58,991 bases of DNA, taken from the IMG/VR virus record IMGVR_UViG_3300008263_000034, positions 1-58,991 of that record, one strand, 5' to 3'. The translations under genes and the position numbers were made by a program. Position 1 is the first letter of the stretch. Every line of letters starts with the position of its first letter. This DNA is from a virus. Taxonomy: Duplodnaviria > Caudoviricetes. Positions 16,648 to 26,965 of the stretch are shown here, one piece after another. The notes below the pieces were generated by a model. That model was not told the DNA's origin. It saw only the letters and a list, made by a program, of their open reading frames with translations, and searched no databases.

Positions 16648-16790
16648 TGCGTTTAGGTTTAGGAAATATGCTCAGTAAAGTAGGTGCTCTGCTTCCTGCT
16701 GGAGTTTCGGGTTTATTCACCTACTTTCAACCTGATGGTGTAAGTGCTTATAAACGCCCAGACGGAACCTCAATCTACAAACGACCATAA
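16647..16790 (+). CDS. Small protein MRLGLG...PDG repeats (47 aa), not in the ORF track
   Basis: TAATG coupling; YFQPDGVSAYKRPDGTSIYKRP internal repeat. Confidence 0.55.
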   Translation: MRLGLGNMLSKVGALLPAGVSGLFTYFQPDGVSAYKRPDGTSIYKRP

Positions 16791-16794
16791 AATT

Positions 16795-17538
16795 ATGCCA
16801 GACTTAACATTATCAGCTAACATTGACGGATTCCTTGCGGAGACAAGTGCTTTACATATTGCCAACGGGATTGTTGATGGATCAGCAATTTCATCCGTCG
16901 ATACTAACACCAGAAATCTCGCAGATTCAGTCGGCGTTACAACTTTGGATTGGGATAATCGCATACTCAACGATGCCTCTGGGAATCCAATCGCAAAATG
17001 GGGCGAGGATAATTTTACTGGCGTTTTTGGTATTGCTTTTGCTCCAGATGGTATGGGTAATTTTTACCACTTACTTAATGCTGATGGCTTAAAGTTTTTT
17101 GGAGCTGCCCGTTATGGACAAGCAACCATTGATTACAATGGGACAACTGTTATTGATATAGTGAATAGCAACCTTATCAGTTCTGCTGGAAATATCGATT
17201 GGTATAATGGTTACCTTTACAACGGTGGTAATATTACTGTTGATTGGGTTTATGGGTCTTTAGCAGATGCTAACGGAACTACTGTAAATTGGGGAACTCA
17301 CGAACTCATGGATACTGCGGTTGTGGCGATGGATTGGTCAGGTGGATCAGCTACCTTCCCCAGAGGTGCAACATTAACGCCAACAGCAGTCGCATCGCTT
17401 GTCGGTAATGAAGGCACAATCGCCTACGTTAATGACGCTACTACACCAGTCATTGGAGTAGCAGTTACAGGTGGTGGTGCAGCAAAATGCTTGGTCTGCT
17501 ACAACGGAACTTCTTGGATCGTAACTGCTCTTCTATAA
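16795..17538 (+). CDS. Putative tail fibre / receptor-binding protein with DW repeats
   Basis: Start MPDLTL at 16795; repeated (V/I/L)DW..G.L.D..G units; C-terminal GTIAYVNDA...YNGTSW fibre-type domain. Confidence 0.6.
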   Translation: MPDLTLSANIDGFLAETSALHIANGIVDGSAISSVDTNTRNLADSVGVTTLDWDNRILNDASGNPIAKWGEDNFTGVFGIAFAPDGMGNFYHLLNADGLKFFGAARYGQATIDYNGTTVIDIVNSNLISSAGNIDWYNGYLYNGGNITVDWVYGSLADANGTTVNWGTHELMDTAVVAMDWSGGSATFPRGATLTPTAVASLVGNEGTIAYVNDATTPVIGVAVTGGGAAKCLVCYNGTSWIVTALL

Positions 17539-17559
17539 AATTCTAAACTAATTAAATAT

Positions 17560-17805
17560 ATGCTAACGGAAATTACACCCACCGAGTCAGTAATGGCTAA
17601 CCAAGTCGCACAACGTATTGTTACTGAGATCGTCAATCTTTCCAAACGGATCGTTGTCATTCGCACCGAAGGTATCCCTGCCATTGCTGCTTCCGCACGT
17701 CCAGCACGTCCTGCGATGGCTGCCATCAGTGCAGATGCAATCAATGCTGCTCTCGGCAAGGATAACTGCGATCTACTCGACTCGATCAAAGCCTCGATCT
17801 TGTAA
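17560..17805 (+). CDS. Hypothetical protein, possibly a fibre chaperone
   Basis: 81 aa directly after the fibre gene. Confidence 0.55.
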   Translation: MLTEITPTESVMANQVAQRIVTEIVNLSKRIVVIRTEGIPAIAASARPARPAMAAISADAINAALGKDNCDLLDSIKASIL

Positions 17806-17841
17806 AAATTATTTTCATCCTAACCGACTAAAGCTAATCTA

Positions 17842-18204
17842 ATGCTCGCTGCCAATTACGACATCACTCTTGATCGTGCAGCCGAATATACATTCGTGCT
17901 TACGGTTCGGAATCAGGCAGGAACTGCTGTGGACATCGGTAGTGCCGCGTTCTACGCTGACATTCGCGACGTAACTTCTCGTAGAAAAGCTGTGTCGTTC
18001 ACCCCGACGATCTTGGATAGCGGAGTAAATGGTCAGGTATCATTTAACCTTACGGAAGCGAATACACTAACGCTCCAACCTTTTAGCAAATACGTTTACG
18101 ACATCTTTATGCGTCGCAGCGGTGTGACGGATCGACTCATCGAAGGCTCCGTGACTGTGCGTGACAACACAACCAAGGGATCTCCCATAGAACCAACTGC
18201 CTAA
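17842..18204 (+). CDS. Virion structural protein (BppU-like beta-sandwich, putative)
   Basis: YDITL...F.L...YVYDI...RLIEG.V.V pattern common in phage tail genes. Confidence 0.6.
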   Translation: MLAANYDITLDRAAEYTFVLTVRNQAGTAVDIGSAAFYADIRDVTSRRKAVSFTPTILDSGVNGQVSFNLTEANTLTLQPFSKYVYDIFMRRSGVTDRLIEGSVTVRDNTTKGSPIEPTA

Positions 18205-18208
18205 AACA

Positions 18209-19756
18209 ATGCCATCAGACACATATACCTTAACCATCTCCGACTCTGGGACTAGCACGCCTTCTACGGGTTCTGTTACAAACACCTCCCTCGCAGCTAA
18301 CGCGGCAATCGCGTTTAGTAAGCTGGCAACCTTGACCAGCGGAAATGTTCTTGTAGGCAATAGCTCGAACGTCGCTACGTCAGTTGCCGTTACTGGGGAC
18401 GTCACGGTATCAAATACGGGCGTAACGACTATCGCCAACAACGCTATCACTAGCGCCAAGATCGCCAATGGTGCGGTGGGTAGTTCCCAGCTCGCCTCGG
18501 GATTAACGCTCGGCGGGACGACAAGCGGCACGTTCAGTGGTAACGTGACTGGTAACGTGACTGGTAACGTGACTGGTAACGTGACTGGTAACGTGACTGG
18601 TAATACATCGGGAAGTGCTGCCAGTTTTACTGGAGTACTCGCGGGCAACGTAACTGGCACTCAGGGAGCTACTACCATTGCGAACGACGCCGTTACGTTT
18701 GCGAAGATGCAAAACGTATCCGAATACACGGTTCTTGGGAAACCTTCCGCGGGTTCTGGTGACGTCACAGAGATCGGTTCATCTTCCTTCATGTTGCAGT
18801 CAGGAACGGGATTTCTGAGACAGGCGGACGCCTCTACTGCTAGATCGACTTTGGGTTTAGGCACTCTCGCTACCCAAAACTCCGTAACGGCCACTTCCGG
18901 AGGTACCGGACAGACGTCATACGCCGTCGGGGATATTCTGTATGCGAGCACCACTACAGCTTTGTCAAAACTTTCCAGTGGGGCGGCTAATACTGTGCTC
19001 CGTTCAAACGGAACTACTCCTTCGTATGGACAGGTTGTCCTCACGACGGATGTGTCTGGCATTCTGCCAGTAGCTAACGGTGGTACAGGAGTTACTACCG
19101 GATCTGCGTTAGCGACTTTCCTCACGACCCCGTCGAGTGCGAACCTCAAAACTGCTGTGACGGATGAGACAGGATCAGGTGCGCTTGTATTCGCTACTTC
19201 TCCGACTTTAGTCACACCTATCTTGGGCATACCTACTTCTGGCACGCTCGCAAATTGCACTGGTCTGCCTTTAACCACTGGCGTAACTGGAACTCTACCT
19301 GTAGCTAATGGCGGTACAGGAGTCACCCAATCTGCATACGGTGGGTATTATATTTCGACCTCTGCTGCAACAACAATAGTCACGGCTGGAGATTATGTAA
19401 AAGTTGCTGGAACGACAACGGCTGATACTGTATCTAACTTCACACACTCCGCTAGTAACAGATTGATATATACAGGAACTGCGACACGTAAGTTTGTGCT
19501 AACTGCCGCGCTAAGTTTTCATGGAACTAACTCGAATGATTATAAGTTTGCCTTTTACAAGAATACAACCACAATATTAGTTCCGTCAGTTATCTCAGGA
19601 ACAGGCACAGGTTCTGGTAATTTGGTTCATATATCGTGCCAATGTATTGTTGAGCTAGCTACTAATGATTTTATTGAAGTATTTGTTACGAATGTCGATG
19701 GCACGGGTAGTCCAACCATAGACTTAATGAACGTGACGGCGATACCGCTCATCTAA
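18209..19756 (+). CDS. Tail fibre protein
   Basis: Gly/Thr/Ser-rich; AIT.AKIA, GNVT repeats and repeated G.LPVANGGTG motifs. Confidence 0.8.
   Translation: MPSDTYTLTISDSGTSTPSTGSVTNTSLAANAAIAFSKLATLTSGNVLVGNSSNVATSVAVTGDVTVSNTGVTTIANNAITSAKIANGAVGSSQLASGLTLGGTTSGTFSGNVTGNVTGNVTGNVTGNVTGNTSGSAASFTGVLAGNVTGTQGATTIANDAVTFAKMQNVSEYTVLGKPSAGSGDVTEIGSSSFMLQSGTGFLRQADASTARSTLGLGTLATQNSVTATSGGTGQTSYAVGDILYASTTTALSKLSSGAANTVLRSNGTTPSYGQVVLTTDVSGILPVANGGTGVTTGSALATFLTTPSSANLKTAVTDETGSGALVFATSPTLVTPILGIPTSGTLANCTGLPLTTGVTGTLPVANGGTGVTQSAYGGYYISTSAATTIVTAGDYVKVAGTTTADTVSNFTHSASNRLIYTGTATRKFVLTAALSFHGTNSNDYKFAFYKNTTTILVPSVISGTGTGSGNLVHISCQCIVELATNDFIEVFVTNVDGTGSPTIDLMNVTAIPLI
18539..18598 (+). repeat. 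12-bp tandem repeat GGTAACGTGACT x5 (GNVT)
   Basis: Five perfect copies. Confidence 0.95.
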
Positions 19757-19761
19757 AAATT

Positions 19762-21681
19762 ATGCCTGTATCACAACTACCACAAGCACCATTTAGACAG
19801 GATCGGAGAGTATTCCCGACTCCTCTGATTGGTGATGTTCTATTCAGCGAAGTCCGTGACTGCAACCGCATCCTGATTCCTGAATACGGAACCTCGCACC
19901 CTGACGCAGCCAAGTGGCCGGATCACAAGCTCGTCTACGTTAAGCCAGTAGACATCGAGCGCGACGGGATCTTTGAGTTCTTCTACGCGGCAGATCGCGA
20001 GAACCAAGACCTCTACAACTTTTCTTCAGGATACAGGAACATCGTTGGGAATGTAGGTGGGCGGGAGTTTCGGGTCGTTCAACGTACGTATGTTACGTTG
20101 CGCGAACATTTCCAGCCTCTGGATATCTCGTTCGGGACGCCGATGCCTAACATACCGGAAGGTAAGTTCGACGGGGTTGAATATGTATTCTTCGACAGGC
20201 AGCAGCAAGCGATACAGGAAGAAACTCTCAATTCCCTCTACGTCGCAGAGGTCCACACCTACATCGAGACGGCTTTTCTGGAACTCAAGATCTCTTTCTC
20301 GACCACAAAAAGCGATGTAATACCAGAAAAATTTCAAGTTTTAATTCCTCAAACAACTACCGAGCAGATCGTTGAAGGCCTCGCCGAGCAGCCAGTTCTA
20401 ACCGACACACAGCTGTCTGTCAAAGAGACACAGATCAATCCAGATATCAAGGTCGTAGATATCGTATCGAGAGAAAAGCCGGAAGACGATATCTCTCTAA
20501 TCGGAAAACGTGCGTATGTAGAAGGCGGACCCCCAGCAAATGTAATTGAAACGTACTCTAAAGATGAAATTGATGTTGATACTAGCGTCTTTGTAGTTCA
20601 GTCTACCGTCACTCCATTAGGCGACGGCGGTTTTATAAAAGAGACAGTCGAGGTCGAATCGTGGCCCGTACTTACGGGTTCTGAATTCGACCCCGTGTTG
20701 AATACACAGGTGGTAAACACGCAGCAGATGGTCGAACCGCCGACAGATTTCACCGAGCCCAACACCTCGTTCAGACCGATAAATGAGGACCGAACGTTAA
20801 AGATTGTTGAGGAGGTTCCAGTAGATGCTCTTGAAGAATATCACATTTCAGTTCCAACAAGAATTGACCTACGGATGCCAGCAGTCCTTAAATCTATTAG
20901 CGTGTTGTGGATTGTTGATGAAAGCGGATCTGACGGAGAGTCAGTCGGTTCTGCAACGGAGCCTGATAAAGTGGACGAGTATTCAGCGAAAGGCTATTCA
21001 ATAACTGCCAGCGCTGGAATGGAAGGGAGAGCAGAGTACTCAGCCCAACCCACAGTGAGTATTGATACCGAGGCCGTTTTTGGGAGTGATATTTCAGCCA
21101 CAGTGCATTTTTTCTATTTAGATTCAAGGGGACTACCGGTAAGTGAAGGCTCCCTGCTATCAAGAATAAACGCTCTGACTGGAGACCAAATTAGTAGCTG
21201 GCCTCGATTCAAACCAAAGTCCCACACTATTGTTGCGAACGGTGCGACGGTAACGAGTAGTTCGACAGCGAAACTATCTTCAACGATATTAAGAACTTTC
21301 GAGGACGATGAAATCTCCTCTGAATCTTCATCCGAAGGAGGATCATTTGCGATTGACCGTTCTGTTGACGTAATCAACGTGGCTCCAACGATACATGGGA
21401 CCATTACAGTAATTAACGCCGATCAAATTACATCCATATTCACAGCATCGCAAGCTAGGGCACGACTCGAAGGCGACGCGTTTGAAGAAATCGATCCCGT
21501 CATCATAACTAAAGGCGCTTCCGCACCTGTCGGTGTGACACCACTATCTTTCCCTGCGACGAACCCCCCAGACATACCCAGATCAGGGTTCTACTTAGTG
21601 GGGTCATCTGCTGAACCATTTAAGTGGGGCTGGCTAAAATGCTCCGCGACAATTATTGACGCAAGTCAATTTGCCTCTTAA
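19762..21681 (+). CDS. Large acidic tail / structural protein
   Basis: 639 aa in the tail block. Confidence 0.6.
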   Translation: MPVSQLPQAPFRQDRRVFPTPLIGDVLFSEVRDCNRILIPEYGTSHPDAAKWPDHKLVYVKPVDIERDGIFEFFYAADRENQDLYNFSSGYRNIVGNVGGREFRVVQRTYVTLREHFQPLDISFGTPMPNIPEGKFDGVEYVFFDRQQQAIQEETLNSLYVAEVHTYIETAFLELKISFSTTKSDVIPEKFQVLIPQTTTEQIVEGLAEQPVLTDTQLSVKETQINPDIKVVDIVSREKPEDDISLIGKRAYVEGGPPANVIETYSKDEIDVDTSVFVVQSTVTPLGDGGFIKETVEVESWPVLTGSEFDPVLNTQVVNTQQMVEPPTDFTEPNTSFRPINEDRTLKIVEEVPVDALEEYHISVPTRIDLRMPAVLKSISVLWIVDESGSDGESVGSATEPDKVDEYSAKGYSITASAGMEGRAEYSAQPTVSIDTEAVFGSDISATVHFFYLDSRGLPVSEGSLLSRINALTGDQISSWPRFKPKSHTIVANGATVTSSSTAKLSSTILRTFEDDEISSESSSEGGSFAIDRSVDVINVAPTIHGTITVINADQITSIFTASQARARLEGDAFEEIDPVIITKGASAPVGVTPLSFPATNPPDIPRSGFYLVGSSAEPFKWGWLKCSATIIDASQFAS

Positions 21682-21689
21682 TATTTACT

Positions 21690-22289
21690 ATGGCTGAAAA
21701 TGTAAACATGGATTCCTTTATACGGGATACTCTTAGCTCGTTACGAAGACCCCGAGACGTAGACTTCTACGCGGATCAGCCGTCACTTATCTCGACGTCC
21801 ACAAAGAAATTTACCACAACTAGCATTGTTGGTACACCTCTTGATGTAGGCACCCAAGGTTATGTGTTGCCTCCACCAGCACAGGAGCATCAGTGGCAAG
21901 CCACAACTGCGACAGCTACGACGTTGAACGTGATAGGTGGTGTTTTCCGTAGTCAAGGAGATTTCAATCAAACGGATGTGCTTGGTGTTGTGTTGGTAGT
22001 GGGGGCTAGTGGGTATGTAATCCTTACCGTTATTCGCGATGAAGGTTCCCGCGAAGTAGTTGGTGTGCCCGTCATCTCCTATGTTGAAGGAGACCCGCCC
22101 GCATCAGATTACTACAATCAAATTATCCCGCTTGCCAAGGTCACTTTTGAAGAGGGAGCAATAACCAATATACTTCAATTAAAATTTGAAGAGTTGCACG
22201 TATTCGAGGATCTGGCAGTGGTCAACGGGGAGTTCAGGCTTGTCGATTTGCTAATGGCTGGACGCAACATTTACGAGCTACCACCATGA
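21690..22289 (+). CDS. Hypothetical tail-associated protein
   Basis: 199 aa, coupled to the next gene. Confidence 0.6.
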   Translation: MAENVNMDSFIRDTLSSLRRPRDVDFYADQPSLISTSTKKFTTTSIVGTPLDVGTQGYVLPPPAQEHQWQATTATATTLNVIGGVFRSQGDFNQTDVLGVVLVVGASGYVILTVIRDEGSREVVGVPVISYVEGDPPASDYYNQIIPLAKVTFEEGAITNILQLKFEELHVFEDLAVVNGEFRLVDLLMAGRNIYELPP

Positions 22290-23245
22290 GTAACGGGGTT
22301 TTCACACGGATGAAGAGATTCACTTTCGTTGAGAAGACCTTGGCGGAAGTAGGCGATGGCACAGCTTATCCATTGAAGGCTACTGCGGATCAAGTTGCTG
22401 AAGTTTTTTATAGGGTTAAAGATGCTTGGTTTACTTCTGGAGAAGTTGACCTTGGAACCACAGGTAAAATTTCAGTATACGGGACACTAGCAGTTGGTGA
22501 CCCCTTTGTTTTTGGGGGCGGAGGTGACTATCGAGAAAGAGCTTATGGTGTTCAAAAAGACTTTGATTGGGCAAACGAAGATTATTATTTCCAAGATGCC
22601 TATACTTCAGGAATCCCAGACTTTGCTTACGCTTACGATATAGATACGAAGGAAAGAGCATTGTTTCAACCGGATGACGGAGATGTCAGCATTAACTATG
22701 CACAAGCTCCAACCTCTTTATTCATCCAGCCAGATGTCGAGTTTGATGCAAATGTAACTAACTATCCAGAAATTACATTTCGATGTGGATTCAGTCATCT
22801 CCATAACTGTGATTCTCTGCCGACCGCATCTTATGGTATTTACGCATATCCAGAGGGATCAAGTCCTACCGATGCGACAGAAACAAAATCATCAGTTGTT
22901 TTCTCTGGTCAAGTTGCATGGGTTGATGTTAATGGTTCTGGAAATCCTATTGACCCCCTTAACGAGCTTTATATAGGCGTTAGGTTCTCAGCATTGACTT
23001 TCTATGGATCATCCGCACCCCCGCTATGGATTGGAACAGATGACGACTATTATACAGACCCTTTGTATTGCGATTTCGTAATCGAGTTAGCCAGTTCAAC
23101 ATTGCGATGTCCGATGTATTGTGATATTATTGGGGGGTTCACTAGCTCGTCAGATTTTGTAATGACTGCCAAAGAGTGGTGGCCATACGCTAAAGACTCC
23201 CCCGCCGTCCCTGTCTGGGACACGGATACGGGGTTAAAGCTCTAG
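22286..23245 (+). CDS. Hypothetical tail-associated protein
   Basis: 319 aa, ATGA overlap, aromatic and acidic. Confidence 0.6.
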   Translation: MSNGVFTRMKRFTFVEKTLAEVGDGTAYPLKATADQVAEVFYRVKDAWFTSGEVDLGTTGKISVYGTLAVGDPFVFGGGGDYRERAYGVQKDFDWANEDYYFQDAYTSGIPDFAYAYDIDTKERALFQPDDGDVSINYAQAPTSLFIQPDVEFDANVTNYPEITFRCGFSHLHNCDSLPTASYGIYAYPEGSSPTDATETKSSVVFSGQVAWVDVNGSGNPIDPLNELYIGVRFSALTFYGSSAPPLWIGTDDDYYTDPLYCDFVIELASSTLRCPMYCDIIGGFTSSSDFVMTAKEWWPYAKDSPAVPVWDTDTGLKL

Positions 23246-23266
23246 CCCAACCCTAAACCTTTACTC

Positions 23267-23295
23267 TTGACCCTTAGTTTCTTTGCATATACATT
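23267..23295 (+). promoter_or_regulatory. Sigma70-like promoter
   Basis: TTGACC-17-TACATT upstream of 23322. Confidence 0.5.
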
Positions 23296-23321
23296 TTGAC
23301 TTGTAAAATCCTAAAGAAGTA

Positions 23322-24266
23322 ATGCCAGCCATCACCGTCAATCAGCTTGTTCCCCTGCTCGGTAGTTACATCGAGCCGAGTGGTAACTTCAAATCGAGCC
23401 TGAGTCAGGTATTGTCTCGTATTTACAATATGGGTACGTATCGTGACTTGACCATCCAGTATAGTTTACCAGTAGTTGACAACTGCATTACCCTGCCGGA
23501 CGAAGCTGACGCCGTCCTGCATACGATCGTTGATAACCAACCAGTTCCCGTTCGGTCTTTATGGCACGACTTTAAGTCCGTCGGCATGAACACTGGTACG
23601 ACTGACTTGTCGTTTGGTCTGATTGATGCGGGGTATCACCCCATCAAGCGGCTTATCGAAACTGCAACAAACACTTTACATATCGTGCCGTCTGACCACT
23701 CACCGACACGCAGCAATTTTAGTACAACCGACGGCGGATCTATCTCCATTACAGCGACTGACGGAGATAAAATCTACACGTCCACAACCGACTCTGTCTC
23801 AGACAGTGACGTCCCCCTTACGTTCTCACAGCCGATTAGTTCAGTAATAAGTATTCAGTTTGATCTTCTAGCTGACTTATACGACATTCGGATAACTGCT
23901 GCTGATGCGGATACCACCATCGCCACAGTCGGACCAAACTCTGGCGTTACTCGCTATCGAAGATTCCGCCTTAATAACGCTACTGACGGACAGACCGTCG
24001 TGCATGTTCTTTGCAAACGCGCCTTCCAACCCCTCCGCACTGACAACGACATCGTGTATGTAAGCAACGTTGGGGCTTTGAAACAGGGGTTACTAGGTCG
24101 CCTAATGGAAGACAACGCTGACATCGAGCGTGCTGAATATCACTGGAACAAGTGCATGCAACTCATGGAAGAGGAAGCTGCTTCAGCGCGTGGTGCTGCT
24201 GTTCCGAGATTGAACGTCGATCCTTACGGGACAGGCAACCTTAACCGAATCATACAACTGTACTAA
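23322..24266 (+). CDS. Putative tail adaptor / tubular protein
   Basis: Helical N- and C-termini around a beta core (ITLP...; ALKQGLLG...AEYHW), as in podovirus head-tail adaptors; inferred. Confidence 0.5.
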   Translation: MPAITVNQLVPLLGSYIEPSGNFKSSLSQVLSRIYNMGTYRDLTIQYSLPVVDNCITLPDEADAVLHTIVDNQPVPVRSLWHDFKSVGMNTGTTDLSFGLIDAGYHPIKRLIETATNTLHIVPSDHSPTRSNFSTTDGGSISITATDGDKIYTSTTDSVSDSDVPLTFSQPISSVISIQFDLLADLYDIRITAADADTTIATVGPNSGVTRYRRFRLNNATDGQTVVHVLCKRAFQPLRTDNDIVYVSNVGALKQGLLGRLMEDNADIERAEYHWNKCMQLMEEEAASARGAAVPRLNVDPYGTGNLNRIIQLY

Positions 24267-24790
24267 TGCTAGTTACTAAACCATCCGGCGAAGACCGGAA
24301 ACAGGCACGTGCCGAGGCGAAAGCAATGGGCGTGCTAAGAGGGTCTATCTCACGCGGACGCGGTAACGAGATTGGAATGATGGGTGAGATACTTACCCAC
24401 CGTGAGATCGGAGGTGCTCGTGTCGGCGACGTCAATTTTGCCTACGACATTGTCTTAGAAAACGGTATCACGGTTGATGTGAAGACCACAAAGGCGTCGA
24501 GTGTGCCAGAACCCCATTATGTCGCTCGCGTGTATGGTAGCGAGGCCAGTAAGGAAAAGCTCAGTAGCAAATGTAATGTCTACTATTTCGTTAGGTGTAA
24601 CCAGCAGATGACTCTAGCCACACTTGTGGGTTGGTTGCCAGCAGAACAGTTTATAGAGAAAGCCTTGTTCCTTCCAAAAGGGAACGTGGACCCTAACGAC
24701 GGTAAGCTGTCGTTCTCTGACGAGTTTGTCTTACCTATATCAGAGCTTAACCCGCCCTCCGTGAAGATCACAAAAGGGCGGGTCCGATAG
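24266..24790 (+). CDS. PD-(D/E)XK-family nuclease-like protein
   Basis: G..GE...YDIV...TVDVKT motif. Confidence 0.6.
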   Translation: MLVTKPSGEDRKQARAEAKAMGVLRGSISRGRGNEIGMMGEILTHREIGGARVGDVNFAYDIVLENGITVDVKTTKASSVPEPHYVARVYGSEASKEKLSSKCNVYYFVRCNQQMTLATLVGWLPAEQFIEKALFLPKGNVDPNDGKLSFSDEFVLPISELNPPSVKITKGRVR

Positions 24791-24796
24791 TCTGAT

Positions 24797-26953
24797 TTAG
24801 AAATCGCCGCCTTGGTCGATGTCGAAAGCCTCTGAGAGGTCGATCTCCCAGATCTTACCGCCACCTTGACCCTTGCTGCGAACGGGTCTAATGCCTTTGT
24901 TGTGTTGGCTAACTTCTTCGAGTACTGTCATGCCTCGACGCACGAACTCAAGGTTGCCGCTATTGCCTACGGATCTACCACCGTTACATTCGTGCAGCAC
25001 GACGGTGAACTCAGTAAGAGTGCCACGCCACTTGGTCAGGGCTACTGTTTCGCGAACCTTCTTAGCGAAGAACTCAACCATTTCAGCGATTGCTGAACGT
25101 GAACTATTATCGTAGGCCGCCGCTTCGATGAACGAGTCGATGTAGGTTTTGACACCGAAACGGCTGGAGTCTTTGACTTCGATCGGTGGTTGCCAGTCGT
25201 AGAGCCATCTAAGGAAGAACGGTAGCTCCGCGTTAATGGTGCTCTCGACAAACTCATTCGAGCCGAACTTAACCTTGTGCCCGCTATTGATTCGGAGCGC
25301 AATGATCTTGTCTCGGTTGCTACTGTCCAAAGATGGCAACGCTGCGAGTGAGTTGGCGTCGAGGTTAAGCGACATCATAACTCGACCCGACCACGGAAGT
25401 GGGATGGCGTCGGCGTACTTAGCATGATACTCCAACCTTGGGTTTGCTACACAACGTTTGGTGAGCTCAACGAATTTACGCTGGTCTGCATAGGTAGCTG
25501 CCGCCGTCTGGTCGTCCACAACCCACGCCGCCGACCCGCAGAGATCGCGGTTGAAGCTAGTCTTGCCGGACAGATAATCCGAAGCGTCACTAAACCCACC
25601 GACTGCTGTGCCTATGATCTTGTTCGTAAGTAGCGTCTTTCCGTGTCCGGCTGGCCCTAGTAAGATCATCAGTTGCCCTTGATCCAACCGATATTCCAGT
25701 ACGGCTTTATACAGGCGCTGAAACCAAGCGAGGAAGTAGGGTAGTGTCTCATGTCCCTCAGCACTCTTCGCGAAGAAGGGAGTAATGAACGCCTCAATCC
25801 ACGGCCAATTAGCTGGGTCACCATTATCAGCAAAGGGTACGGCGGTAGTGCGGCAGTTGTTCAGTATCTTCCTACCGTAATAGCCTACTACACGTTCTTT
25901 CGAGAAGACGACCGGAGCAACTTCTTCGACTCGACAATCATTGGAGATCGTGAGCACTGCCTGCTCCACTTCGGAGATGGTCTGATTCTTCTTTAGCTTA
26001 GGGCAAAAACCAGCCTTGCGTAACTCTAGCACAAGTTGCTCTTTGGGAATTATGACAGGTCCTCCGTTAAGGAGCTTATAGTATGCCTTGCCGTTGAACC
26101 AATACTGGTCGAGAAGAGTGGATAGTTTTTTCTCTTCGTGCTTCGATACAAACTGTTTACTCAATATCGAAGCCCACGATTTAAAGCCCGTACCAGCGCG
26201 GTCAGAATAGCAGATCACTCCGTCTTCCCGAACCTGACATCCGTCACGGTCGATGCCGTCGTCAATCCAGAACAATGGACCACGAGCGCCGACAACGAAA
26301 TCACCCTTCCAGCGGTTTGGAAAACGGCGAGCTACTTCGGCAGCAACCTCGTCAAGTGGGATGCTCGTATCCTCGGTGCGTATAGCAGTGTCGTTTGCTG
26401 CTTTCAGGAGTATGGTTCTGACGAAGGATATTGGTATGGGGTCACCAATCCTAGTCCAGTCCTCACCCAACTCAAAGTATTGAGACGGCTTCAGGCTGGT
26501 TTTATCAAAGCCCGCAAGCAGCATCGAAGCCTTAAGCCCGTCGGATAGGCGTTTCATGAATGACTCAGCAAGAGCGGAAGCTATAGGTAAGACACCATCA
26601 AATTCCCAGATCAGTCGAATGTAACCCGATTGAGTTCGCGTCCGCCACGTTGGCATGTGGCCGCCGTCGCATCTGATCTTGAGTATGTTGTCGATGTTCG
26701 GCCAATCAACCGGAGCGTCAAAGTCTGCTACAAAACCGTGCAGTTTGTTGATGGGGTTGTCGTCACTGATTCGTCCGTTTGGGCTGTCCCCCTCTGCCAT
26801 TGAATAGAAGCAGTGATTGGTGTTAGCGTCGGCGCACCATGCTCGGTACTCTGCTTTCGTTGAGAACGATGGCTTAGGGAACGATAGGGTTGATGGGTCT
26901 TCAACTGGAGTTATAGTGGAAGCTCGATGATTTTTAAGGTATCTGTATTTCAT
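24797..26953 (-). CDS. Primase-helicase fusion (PrimPol-like N-terminus, P-loop NTPase C-terminus)
   Basis: ADFD and RTQSG primase-like motifs; Walker A GPAGHGKT; Walker B WVVDD. Confidence 0.75.
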   Translation of the reverse strand: MKYRYLKNHRASTITPVEDPSTLSFPKPSFSTKAEYRAWCADANTNHCFYSMAEGDSPNGRISDDNPINKLHGFVADFDAPVDWPNIDNILKIRCDGGHMPTWRTRTQSGYIRLIWEFDGVLPIASALAESFMKRLSDGLKASMLLAGFDKTSLKPSQYFELGEDWTRIGDPIPISFVRTILLKAANDTAIRTEDTSIPLDEVAAEVARRFPNRWKGDFVVGARGPLFWIDDGIDRDGCQVREDGVICYSDRAGTGFKSWASILSKQFVSKHEEKKLSTLLDQYWFNGKAYYKLLNGGPVIIPKEQLVLELRKAGFCPKLKKNQTISEVEQAVLTISNDCRVEEVAPVVFSKERVVGYYGRKILNNCRTTAVPFADNGDPANWPWIEAFITPFFAKSAEGHETLPYFLAWFQRLYKAVLEYRLDQGQLMILLGPAGHGKTLLTNKIIGTAVGGFSDASDYLSGKTSFNRDLCGSAAWVVDDQTAAATYADQRKFVELTKRCVANPRLEYHAKYADAIPLPWSGRVMMSLNLDANSLAALPSLDSSNRDKIIALRINSGHKVKFGSNEFVESTINAELPFFLRWLYDWQPPIEVKDSSRFGVKTYIDSFIEAAAYDNSSRSAIAEMVEFFAKKVRETVALTKWRGTLTEFTVVLHECNGGRSVGNSGNLEFVRRGMTVLEEVSQHNKGIRPVRSKGQGGGKIWEIDLSEAFDIDQGGDF

Positions 26954-26965
26954 ATAGGTGTTGTA

